A stretch of 34,725 bases of DNA from Octopus bimaculoides (GCF_001194135.2 NC_068984.1:53187037-53221761), one strand, 5' to 3'; shown: positions 1-10,570, counted from the stretch's first letter. The notes: generated by a model from the sequence alone, not told the origin. Translations and numbers: made by a program.

Positions 1-1
1 T

Positions 2-325
2 GGCGAGGATGTAGTCGATTTGGCTAGAGTGTCTGCCGGAGCGGTAGGTGACTAGGTGACTGGCAGGTTTCCTGAAGTTGGTATTGCAGACCATAAGATT
101 GGTTGCATCACAGAACTCCAGCAGTCTGGTTCCCTCCTCGTTGCGGGAACCGAAGCCATAGCCTCCATGTATGCCATGGAAGCCCCCAGCACGACGTCCG
201 ACATGACCGTTGAAGTCTCCAGCCACAAAGAGAAGGTCCCTGTCACTCGTCGACGAGGTAGTTTGCAAGAGGGTGTCATAGAATTGGTCTTTCAGACCAT
301 CTGGTAGCCCAGGTTGAGGTGTATA
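2..325 (-). mobile_element. RTE-clade non-LTR retrotransposon, apurinic endonuclease (APE) domain fragment; runs off the left window edge
   Basis: Minus-strand frame without stops, missed by the ORF track because it has no ATG: YTPQPGLPDGLKDQFYD...LFVAGDFNGHVG...HGGYGFGSRNEEGTRLLEFCDATNLMVCNTNFRK...VTYRSGRHSSQIDYILA. GDFNGHVG, GxGxRNxEG and QIDYIL are typical RTE endonuclease motifs. Confidence 0.92.
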
Positions 326-410
326 TATATATATACATATACATACATACATATATATATATACATACCTACACCCATACATACATACATGCACATACGT
401 ATACATGTAC
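321..410. repeat. (TA)n/(TACA)n microsatellite
   Basis: Direct reading; abuts the truncated 5' end of the RTE fragment. Confidence 0.95.
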
Positions 411-699
411 ATATAATATAATAATAATGATAATGCTAACACTACTAATAATACTATGAATATTGTTAATATGATACGAAAAAGGAGGGGCGCTAGTGCC
501 AGTGGGGTTTAAATAGTAAGTGTTAGTGGTATTTAGAAAAAGTATGCTTAATTTTATGCAGGCAGGAAACGTTTGTCTCCTTAAGAGAATTAACAAGCGC
601 AAGGCTGGCTTTAATCATGAAGAAAATTCCATTTACACATAACATACATTTTCTATTTTTTTGTACTATACGCTGGTGCTGTGCATGTGTTTGTGTGTG

Positions 700-705
700 T
701 ATATA

Positions 706-748
<43 letters not shown>

Positions 749-772
749 TTTTTTTTTTACACATATTTTCAA

Positions 773-810
<38 letters not shown>

Positions 811-1200
811 NNNNNNNNNNNNNNNNNNNNNNNNNNNNNNNNNNNNNNNNNNNNNNNNNNNNNNNNNNNNNNNNNNNNNNNNNNNNNNNNNNNNNNNNNN
901 NNNNNNNNNNNNNNNNNNNNNNNNNNNNNNNNNNNNNNNNNNNNNNNNNNNNNNNNNNNNNNNNNNNNNNNNNNNNNNNNNNNNNNNNNNNNNNNNNNNN
1001 NNNNNNNNNNNNNNNNNNNNNNNNNNNNNNNNNNNNNNNNNNNNNNNNNNNNNNNNNNNNNNNNNNNNNNNNNNNNNNNNNNNNNNNNNNNNNNNNNNNN
1101 NNNNNNNNNNNNNNNNNNNNNNNNNNNNNNNNNNNNNNNNNNNNNNNNNNNNNNNNNNNNNNNNNNNNNNNNNNNNNNNNNNNNNNNNNNNNNNNNNNNN

Positions 1201-1253
<53 letters not shown>

Positions 1254-1259
1254 CACACA
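700..1259. repeat. (TA)n microsatellite interrupted by assembly gap 811-1200
   Basis: TA runs on both sides of a 390-N gap. Confidence 0.95.
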
Positions 1260-1570
1260 CAGTTGTTTGTGGGTATGTGAGTTTGTATATGTAGATATAG
1301 GTTCAGACATATATATGTATGTATGCATATATGCACATGCTTATACAGGTATATAGGTATATATGATAGACTATTTAAGAAGTCATAGATTTTGGGATGT
1401 TTGCACACATATATATCCACAGTTGTAGAAATTGATACATACATGTATGCACAAGTGGGGAGATTAGGGTATGGGTTGGGGCCAGTATGGTTTTATATGG
1501 ATATAATGGTGTACATACATGGATAAGGATGTGAATGTATATCTATTTAATATTAGAATTAGTATTGGAG

Positions 1571-1598
1571 CATATGGGAATCTGTAGATTCCCATATG
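1571..1598. repeat. Perfect 13-bp inverted repeat with 2-nt spacer
   Basis: CATATGGGAATCT-GT-AGATTCCCATATG. Confidence 0.95.
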
Positions 1599-2976
1599 TA
1601 TGATTGCTGGAGCTTGCGTATAGATAGGTACAGATAAGATTACCCCATCGTTCTGGCCTTCCAATGGTATGTTACCCCATACTCCTACTAGTAATACTAT
1701 ACATAATCCTAGCTCATGCACTAGGGATAGAAAACCCTCCCTTAATGGATTTTTAGAAAATACACGCATGACTAGCTAATCATATATACCAGCACTTAGC
1801 AATCAAATTGCACCCTACAAATTGAGCAGAATAATAACAATATGGAACACTATCCAATGGATTAAATTATAAATTTATAAATATAAACCTTTATGTACAT
1901 TTGGATAATTGAGTATAATATGGTGTAATTTACTAAAACCAATCTGCCTAATACATAAGAACCCACAAATGTCTACACCCCATAACTGCCACATTTACCG
2001 GAATAAAACACCTCCTATTTGCATCTACATCTGATATTTCCTTTTCCCTCGGACCTAAATTGAATATTATCCAACACACAATTACATGTAAACATTTTTC
2101 TTCAAACTACTACCCCACTTAAATTAAACACTGAATTAAACACTTAATTAAGTAATATAATGCTATAACACAGTACCATCCATTTAATACTTTATATCCA
2201 TTATTATGCTGTCCCTTAAGATCATACCCCCCTAGTCATATTGTTGTACTCACTCACATACTCATTTATTTATTTATTTACTTGTCTAAATTTAATTAAT
2301 TTAATTTAATTTAATTTAATCTAGTTTGAATGTTATTTTGCTCTCCTACTTGCCCATAGTGACCATGGTTTTTTTAATCCATTTATTCTTTAATTTATTT
2401 ATTTACTTATATATTTATCTGATTTGTTTTGTGTTATCTGTTAATCATCAACGAACTGGAACAGTTTTCAAAAAAATAGCTGACCAATTAGGTTGCAGGA
2501 CTGACCATAACCACTGCACATAAGGATTCTGGGACTTGCAGATCGAAAAAATAATGAACACGAACACCGTACTTTCGTCACCGCCTGGTGTCATACTCTC
2601 TTTAGTACCAACTAACATCCTACATATAAACTTCCACCTCTGAAACACGGACCATACTTTCAAACCCACCAGTGTAAACATAACGTGTATTTGTATGTAA
2701 CAAAATAAGAACCACTGCCTAAATTTACCCTTCCTAAAAAACTCATCCTTAGAATGAATATACCTACCTATCCACCACAGTACAAAATAACATGAATCTT
2801 GGAAGGCAACACTTGAAGTCTATGACCTATTTCTCTTTCCTATACCTAATCCATTTTACTTACATATTCTAAGTCTTGCTCCTATTCTTCTTATGCCCTC
2901 TTCAATAAGAAAAATATACTGTACCTATTAGTAACTGACTCTTGTATGTATCGGCTCTCCTAAACATTTAGACCCT

Positions 2977-3093
2977 CTGATGAAGCCTAGAGACACACTG
3001 AGCATCCAAACTCTATCTACCCATCCCTACAGAACACTGAAGAGATGGAGCTAGCATAGAAGATATTGTGGCCTCTTGGCAGAAACAGCCATA
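2977..3093 (+). ncRNA. Degenerate hammerhead-ribozyme-like motif with long stem II (Penelope-type)
   Basis: CTGATGA (2977-2983), A, GCCTAGAG (2985-2992) pairing 7/8 with CTCTTGGC (3073-3080), then A-GAAAC (3082-3086). Stem III and stem I are poorly preserved. Confidence 0.3.
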
Positions 3094-3290
3094 ATGAACT
3101 GATCTTTAATCTTTTACTTTTTTATGTATTACTAGTATATATTTGTGTAGTACACAGTCTTTGCATGTGTACGTATTCTTATAATACTCCCTTTTGTTTT
3201 GGAATAAATAGACATAATAGAATGTCTACTGGCTTATGTATGTCATTTTTGTATCCCCTCCATTTTCTTTTTGCCATATAAATTAAAGGT

Positions 3291-3538
3291 TGTTGGCACT
3301 CCGTCGCTTACGACGTCGAGGGTTCCAGTTTATCCGATCAACGGAACAGCCTGCTCGTGAAATTAACGTGCAAGTGGCTGAGCACTCCACAGGCACGTGA
3401 ACCCTTAACGTAGTTCTCGGGGATATTCAGCGTGACACAGTGTGACAAGGCTGACCCTTTGAATTACAGGCACAACAGAAACAGGAAGTAAGAGTGAGAG
3501 AAAGTTGTGGTGAAAGAGTACAGCAGGGTTCGCCACCA
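3291..3538 (-). mobile_element. tRNA-derived SINE family B, 3' two-thirds
   Basis: Reverse complement of the family B body and 3' end (...GACGGAGTGCCAACA), as in the full copy at 27933-28320. Confidence 0.92.
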
Positions 3539-3539
3539 C

Positions 3540-3885
3540 GTGGAGGTGCAATGGCCCAGTGGTTAGGGCAGCGGACTCGCGGTCATAGGATCGCGGTTTC
3601 AATTCCCAGACCGGGCGTTGTGAGTGTTTATTGAGCGAAAACACCTAAAGCTCCACGAGGCTCCGGCAGGGGATGGTGGCGAACCCTGCTGTACTCTTTC
3701 ACCACAACTTTCTCTCACTCTTACTTCCTGTTTCTGTTGTGCCTGTAATTCAAAGGGTCAGCCTTGTCACACTGTGTCACGCTGAATATCCCCGAGAACT
3801 ATATTAAGGGTACACGTGTCTGTGGAGTGCTCAGCCACTTGCACGTTAATTTCACAAGCAGGCTGTTCCGTTGATCGGATCAACT
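3540..3885 (+). mobile_element. tRNA-derived SINE family B, complete 5' end, last ~35 nt missing
   Basis: Head GTGGAGGTGCAATGGCCCAGTGGTTAGGGC with A-box TGGCCCAGTGG and a B-box-like GGTTTCAATTCCC. Body matches the other B copies. Confidence 0.92.
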
Positions 3886-4066
3886 AAATTAAAGGTAAAC
3901 TACTTTTTACCCCCACCGATATGTGACTCTTGATTGCAAAATTGCCATGCAATAACCAGCACTTGGGTATTAATAATTGGGCACACTACCAGCAGTATAT
4001 TGGATAGGTACTATCCCTTAGTTGGTTGATTTCTCAACCTCTAACTCTCATATATATATATATATA

Positions 4067-4130
4067 TCAGCACCACTTAACAGAATGTACTGGATGTTTT
4101 TTAAGTGATACCAAGTAGCCGCAAGATAAG
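4067..4130 (-). repeat. Fragment of repeat family E (RTE 3'UTR-like)
   Basis: Reverse complement aligns with TTGCAAGTTACTTGGTGA...CACTTAAAAAGCATCCAGT at 11344-11410. Confidence 0.5.
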
Positions 4131-4619
4131 ACTCCTCAACTGAGTGGGGTCAAGACCGGAGAAAGAAATAATGATAGAGGAAGAGAAGCAGATGTCTTGC
4201 TGAAGAAGTGAATACATGGCTTGCTCACTGGAAAAGTGAGAAAGACACATCAGAAAGAAAGAGATGAATATGGGACAGAATAGGATACAAGAGGGGAAAA
4301 GGTGGGTGTATAGATGTGAAAATAGTATGATAGATGACTAGAGATAGGGAATGAATTGGACTCAGAAGATATCAGTTCAAGTGGGAAGTGAAGTAAATAT
4401 CTCTTGATACATATATATATATATACATATATATATATACATATATATATATACACACAAAATAATTATTAAAAATATAATATCAAAATAAAAATGTAAC
4501 AGAATAAAAGTTTTGCTTCAATATTATATATCTTTTAAAAATCTAAACCCTTTGCATGTATGTACACACACACATACATACATAAATGTCATGTACATGT
4601 ATAAATACACATGTACATA

Positions 4620-5851
4620 CAGGGGTTCGACAAAATAATGGAAACACCTTAAAATTTCAAACAATTTTATTTTAATATGGAGTAGGACCACCTTTGGCAG
4701 TAAGTACAGCTTGAATTCGACGAGGTATGAACTCGTACAAAGTTTGAATTGTTTCCAAAGGAATTTTTGTCCATTCTTCAGCTAAAACAGTCTCCAGTTC
4801 TTGTAGTGATGATGGCAGAGGATATCGACTCCTTACTTGATTTTCTAAAATGCACCATAAATGTTCAACTTCACTAGAATGTTCCTCATACCATTCAGTA
4901 ACAACTTTAGCTGTGTGAATTGGTGTATTATCATCCTGAAAGATTGTGTTTCCCTCCGGAAACAGTTCTGCAACCATAGGATGAATTTGATCAGATAAAA
5001 TGCTTAAATAGTCTTGACTATTAATTCTGCCAAGAAGGGAAACCATTGGGCTGGTGGATTTCCAAGATATAGCCCCCCTCCCGATCATCCCAGATCCTCC
5101 TCCATGTTTAACAGTTGAAAGAAGGCAGTCTGGGTCAAATGCTTGTTTTCACTATCCTCACACGTATACTTGGCCAGTGGTTGAAAATAAGGTAAAGGAT
5201 GACTCATCCAAGAAAATAATATTCTTCCACTGCTCTAGGGACCAATTCTGTAGGTTTTAACTCCACTCTAAATTCTTTGCAACGTTTGTTTTTGAAAATA
5301 GCGGTTTTCCAATTGCAGCCCTCCGATGAAATCCAGCTTTTTGCAGCTCCCAGTGAAGAGTTTTTGTGGAAGCTGGGTTCCTGAGGTGGTCCTTAAGCTC
5401 TGCAGTAATTTTGGGTGCTGTACTTTTGTGATCCTTTCTAACAATTCGTGTAAAAGTTTGACGATCCCTATCAGAAAGTTTTGGTTTTCTTCCGGAATCT
5501 TGTTTCAATGAGGAGCTTTTTCCTTCTTTCTCAAAGGCTGACATTACTTCTGAGATAGTACTTCTTGATATACCAAACATTTTGGCGGTTTTCGTTATAC
5601 TAGTACCTGCCATATGAGCACCAACAATTTGACCTCTTTGAAAGTCTGATAGATCTGTCATTTCAATGAATTTTAATTACCTTTTTCTGACGATATCTGA
5701 AAAGAAACAGCAATTTTAGCAAAACATATTAAGCAACACTAATAGTAAATCAAAAAAACATAAAAATAAACAAGCTTTTAACAATTTTATAGATATTTCA
5801 AAATTATGATGCCATGATACTAGGTGTTTCCATTATTTTGTCCAACCCATG
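4620..5851 (-). mobile_element. Full-length Tc1/mariner DNA transposon (1232 bp), non-functional
   Basis: Left TIR CAGGGGTTCGACAAAATAATGGAAACACCT (4620-4649) and right TIR 5822-5851 match at 28/30. TA on both sides (4618-4619, 5852-5853). Internal transposase frame. Confidence 0.97.
4672..5661 (-). pseudogene. Tc1-family transposase pseudogene
   Basis: One reading frame of 330 codons with 4 premature stops. Paired-like HTH N-terminus (MTDLSDFQRGQIVG..., GRKPKLS), FLDES (D1), TVKHGGGS, FQDDNTPIH (D2), C-terminal KGGPTPY. The WPxxSPDLNxI motif is missing. Confidence 0.95.
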
Positions 5852-5852
5852 T

Positions 5853-5945
5853 ATATACATATATGTATGTATATGCACACACCTCTATGTTCATATGTGT
5901 GTGTATGTATGTGTGTGTATGTATGTGTGTGTATATATGTATGTT

Positions 5946-5992
<47 letters not shown>
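5853..5992. repeat. Compound (TATG)/(TG)/(TA)/(CA) microsatellite
   Basis: Direct reading; the Tc1 element sits in TA-rich simple sequence on both sides. Confidence 0.9.
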
Positions 5993-5993
<1 letters not shown>

Positions 5994-7117
5994 TTTGCAC
6001 ACATGTAGAGTTAAAATAATAAATAGCTACATTGGAATTTTAACAATTTTTCCTTTAGGTTTTTCTGACAGATTTTATATTTTGTAGGACATGTGAATAT
6101 ATTAACTCTTTGAAATTTGTGCCAATCATTTCAAAGTTCTTTTGTTTTGTATGATTATTGTATTCATCACGTACAAATTGTACTGGACTATCATGTAATC
6201 TGAAATGAGAACTTAACATTGGATGTGATTTGATTTTGAATTTGTTCAATGCAAAATCACTTTTAATAATTCTATTTAGGAGAATTATTTTAATGGAAAC
6301 TACTAGAAAGAATTACCAGAAGAGATCAACATAAAAGAAAGTACATTTACAAATCAATATATCCCACTGATTATGTGTCAGACAACTCCTAAGCTTGTAC
6401 TAATTTATCATTATTACCTAGCCAATAGATATTGATTTTAACTTGAAACTAAATGCCTAATTAGGCATTTGAAAAAGGTACTTCAATATGTGGCTTTGTT
6501 AAAAAAGGAAAATCAATTTGTTCTAAAAACTTTATTTCATGCAACTTAGCTTGGATTAACAGCTTTTCCAAGAACTTCCCTCTTTCATTGATCTGTAGAA
6601 GCATTTTGATATTTAATGCTCATCAACATCGTAAATATGTCAATTATTTTATTTCGAATTTTATTGTTTACTTTTTTTTTTAAATAGATAAAAACAGACC
6701 TATTTTAAACAAAAGAGAACTTGTTCAGATTTACCTTATTTAAAACAAAGCTGTAAATCTCTCAGCCTGTTGGAGGAGAAACTCCTGAGTATGTGCTTTC
6801 TTTCTTCTCTCTCCCTCAAATAATTTTCATGTTGGTTGACTAAGTCTCTGATTTATCTACTGAGTGTGATTGTTTGGTTAATATAATGAGCATTTTTAGA
6901 TGGGCTGAACGTCTACAGGATTAGGTGATCAATAAATCTGAATGCTCTTAACATAATACACACCTTACTGAGGCATGTGATGCAATGTAGAAAAAAAGAA
7001 TAGCAAATGGAAATTACTTTATCAACAATATCAATTTATTTATTACTTTGACAGGTGTATAAAACTGTGAAACACTTCAAAACAAAATATGCTTAGCAAA
7101 ACTTTAAAGCTGCATGG

Positions 7118-7352
7118 CTGATAGAGCTAAAGACATCAGTTGAGTGTTTAGTCACATTACCAGTATAAGCCAGAACCCACCCAGCTTCACTACTGTATTC
7201 TGACAGAGTTAAAGTCATCGGTTGCATACTGCTAGAGCTAAAGGCATCAGTTTAGTACCGAGTTCAATTTCCAATATAAGGCCAACTTGTTCTAGCTCCA
7301 CAACTGACAGAGTTGAAGGCATTAGTTTAACACTTGGCCATATTTTCAGTAT
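7118..7352 (+). repeat. Degenerate tandem repeat (core CTGAYAGAGYTAAAGNCATCAGTT)
   Basis: Core copies start at 7118, 7200, 7229 and 7304; related copies resume after the SINE at about 7775 and 7852. Confidence 0.6.
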
Positions 7353-7359
7353 AAAATAG

Positions 7360-7734
7360 TTTGGTTGTGTGGTTAAGAAGCTTGTTTTACAACCACATGG
7401 TTTTGGGTTCAGTCCCTCTGCATGGGCAACTGTCTGCTACTATAGCACCAGGTCAACCAATGCCTTTTTAGTGAATTTGGCTGACAGAAACTTTGTGGTG
7501 GCCTGTTGTATATATGTGTGCATATGTGTGTTTGTCCTACACTGCATGACAACTGGTGTTTGTTTGTTCACATTCCTGTAACTTAGCAGTTCAACAATAG
7601 AGACTGATAAAATAAGTACCGAACTTAAAAAAATAAAATACTATGGTCAGTTTGTTTGACTAAACCTTTCAGAGTGATATCCCAGCACAGATGTGGTCCA
7701 TCGACTGAAACAAGTAAAGGATGAAAGATAAAAG
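7360..7734 (+). mobile_element. tRNA-derived SINE family A, old near-full-length copy
   Basis: TGGTTGTGTGGTTAAGAAG head, GGGTTCAGTCCC B-box, tail GACTGAAACAAGTAAAG; diverged relative to 31875-32278. Confidence 0.85.
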
Positions 7735-8124
7735 AAACCAGGTTTGACCTAGCGGCATAACACTACATGGACCGACTAAAGACATTGGTATAATGCTAGG
7801 CCATATTTCCATCCAGTACAAACTAGACTTGACCCAGTTCCAAGCTGTACACTGACATGGTAAAGACATCAGTATATTACTAAAACAAACCAAATAACTA
7901 AAGGACACATACTTTCAGGGGAGGGTTATGGGACTGCATGACACTCATGCTTTTCTTAATTTTATATGTGTGTGTATGTGTGTATGTATCTAGGGTTGAA
8001 CAGAAAGAATACAAGGAGAAAAGTTAGATAAAAGCAGAGTAAACAAGGAAGTAGACGAAAACTAACAGCATGGCCGCAGCTCTGAGCTGAAACTTTGAAA
8101 TGAAAATTGTTTGCTTTTACTTTA

Positions 8125-8137
8125 TACATATGTATAT

Positions 8138-8210
<73 letters not shown>
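8125..8210. repeat. (TA)n/(CA)n microsatellite
   Basis: Direct reading. Confidence 0.9.
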
Positions 8211-8309
8211 CAAACAAGGAAAGACGACACAGAATCAAATCAGATTCAGAAACCGAAAGCACAAACTTGACTCAGCAAGACTAAATCTTTATTGTTTAGT
8301 TCTTCAGAA

Positions 8310-8321
8310 ATAATAATAATA

Positions 8322-8358
<37 letters not shown>
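8310..8358. repeat. (TAA)n-(GAT)n microsatellite
   Basis: Direct reading. Confidence 0.95.
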
Positions 8359-8361
<3 letters not shown>

Positions 8362-8481
8362 CAAATTTTGGCACAAAGCCACCAATTTCGTGGGTGGAGT
8401 AAATTGATTACATTGACCCCAGTGTTAAACTGGTACATATTTTATTGAACCCGAAAGGGTGAAAGGCAAAGTTGATCTTGG
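8358..8481 (-). mobile_element. SINE family C, 3' part
   Basis: Aligns with 19316-19470 and 26340-26420 (GACCCCAGTG...CTGGTAC...GAAAGG.TGAAAGGCAAAGT). Confidence 0.8.
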
Positions 8482-8630
8482 TCTGCTAGAAATAGCAGTT
8501 AAATCTCCCTCAAATCAAATCCTATATCTTAAAAGGGAAGTCCTAAGTATACTATGTCTTATATTAAAATAGTATAGTCATAGTCTGGAATGCATTTAAT
8601 CATAGGCCTGTTTGATCAGGACTGATTAGC
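8482..8630 (+). repeat. Repeat family D fragment (LINE-tail-like)
   Basis: CTGCTAGAAATAGCAG..AAATCTCCCTCAAATCA...TCTTAAAAG, shared with 22100-22260 and 34340-34563. Confidence 0.6.
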
Positions 8631-9054
8631 TAGAGAATGCTAAATAACAACTTGACATATGTGACATACAATACACAGAAAAAGAATCACCCAGAAGAGA
8701 GATGCATTTCCTCCCCCAAAAAGTGTTTGCAAAATGTAATTTTACATAGCCAGCAACATTCAAAGTTAATGTGTCACACAACAATCTTATGTACTTATTA
8801 TCATTCTCTGTTGCTTTGTTTCACAAAATAATAAAAAGTACAGCATAACATGAATCATATATACTTCTTTAATTAGACCAGTAGCCATACATTACTAGTT
8901 GCTGCTAAATGGTGGTGGGGAGGGCACTTCAATGCACTTCAAAAGGTAAGTAATGTGTTTGGATTGCTGACACTGTGGCATGAGGAGGTCATCAAGAGTG
9001 TGTGTCATTCTTTAAAGAGTCTTATTTTGGTACCCTAACTTTCCTTACTGAGCA

Positions 9055-9936
9055 TGTGCTTGTGTGTGTGTGTGTGTGTGTGTGAGNNNNNNNNNNNNNN
9101 NNNNNNNNNNNNNNNNNNNNNNNNNNNNNNNNNNNNNNNNNNNNNNNNNNNNNNNNNNNNNNNNNNNNNNNNNNNNNNNNNNNNNNNNNNNNNNNNNNNN
9201 NNNNNNNNNNNNNNNNNNNNNNNNNNNNNNNNNNNNNNNNNNNNNNNNNNNNNNNNNNNNNNNNNNNNNNNNNNNNNNNNNNNNNNNNNNNNNNNNNNNN
9301 NNNNNNNNNNNNNNNNNNNNNNNNNNNNNNNNNNNNNNNNNNNNNNNNNNNNNNNNNNNNNNNNNNNNNNNNNNNNNNNNNNNNNNNNNNNNNNNNNNNN
9401 NNNNNNNNNNNNNNNNNNNNNNNNNNNNNNNNNNNNNNNNNNNNNNNNNNNNNNNNNNNNNNNNNNNNNNNNNNNNNNNNNNNNNNNNNNNNNNNNNNNN
9501 NNNNNNNNNNNNNNNNNNNNNNNNNNNNNNNNNNNNNNNNNNNNNNNNNNNNNNNNNNNNNNNNNNNNNNNNNNNNNNNNNNNNNNNNNNNNNNNNNNNN
9601 NNNNNNNNNNNNNNNNNNNNNNNNNNNNNNNNNNNNNNNNNNNNNNNNNNNNNNNNNNNNNNNNNNNNNNNNNNNNNNNNNNNNNNNNNNNNNNNNNNNN
9701 NNNNNNNNNNNNNNNNNNNNNNNNNNNNNNNNNNNNNNNNNNNNNNNNNNNNNNNNNNNNNNNNNNNNNNNNNNNNNNNNNNNNNNNNNNNNNNNNNNNN
9801 NNNNNNNNNNNNNNNNNNNNNNNNNNNNNNNNNNNNNNNNNNNNNNNNNNNNNNNNNNNNNNNNNNNNNNNNNNNNNNNNNNNNNNNNNNNNNNNNNNNN
9901 NNNNNNNNNNNNNNNNNNNNNNNNNNNNNNNNNNNN

Positions 9937-9986
<50 letters not shown>

Positions 9987-10008
9987 ACACACATACACAC
10001 ACACAGAC
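9055..10008. repeat. (TG)n and (CA)n microsatellites flanking assembly gap 9087-9937
   Basis: Direct reading. Confidence 0.9.
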
Positions 10009-10010
10009 AC

Positions 10011-10173
10011 AATGGGCTTCTTTCAGTTGCCAGCTAGCCTCTCCACTCACAAGGCTTTGGTCAGCCTGGGGCTATAGCAGAACACACTAGCCCAAGGCGC
10101 CATGCAGTGGGACTGATCCTGGAACCATATGGTTGGGAAGCAAACTTCTTAACACATAGCCATGCCTGCACCT
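10011..10173 (-). mobile_element. SINE family A, 5' half
   Basis: GGGCTTCTTTCAGTT...CACTCACAAGGCTTTGGTCAGCC...CCCAAGGCGCCATGCAGTGGGACTGA... Confidence 0.85.
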
Positions 10174-10214
10174 ATTTTCCCTAAATACCCATGCTTGCAT
10201 CTGTACAATATCTT

Positions 10215-10570
10215 TTTACCTTCTACTTGTTTCAATCATTAGATTGTAACCATGCTAAGGCACTGCCTTGTAGAATGCTTTGTTGAATGAATCGACCCCA
10301 TCACTTATCTTATCCTTTCAGTCTCTTTTACTGAACCACTAACTTACAAGGATGTTAACACACCAACACTGGTTGTCAAGCAGTGGTGGGGGACAAACAT
10401 AGACACAAAGACACACACACACGACAGGCTTCTTTCAGTTTCCATCTATCAAATCCACTCACAAGACTTTGGTCAGCCTGAGACCATTATAGAAGACACT
10501 TGCCCAAGGTGCCATGCAGTGGGACTGAACTCAGAACCATGTGGCTGGGAAGCGAGCTTCTTACCACACA
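10215..10570 (-). mobile_element. SINE family A, near-full-length
   Basis: Tail CTTGTTTCAATCATT through head CTTACCACACA. Confidence 0.85.

Noticed and set aside
617-1444. Long ORFs in several frames (YIYIYI...X)
   Set aside because: Artefacts of (TA)n and N runs. The same applies to 9022-10077, 14905-16237 and 24534-25085.
3405-3644. Recurrent similar short ORFs (also 27896-28111, 33311-33642, 31902-32105, 32673-32864)
   Set aside because: They are translations of SINE copies; the similarity reflects repeat identity, not a gene family.
7118-7352. Repeat-spacer appearance suggesting CRISPR
   Set aside because: The repeats are degenerate, spacing is irregular (82, 29, 75), the context is eukaryotic and there are no cas genes.
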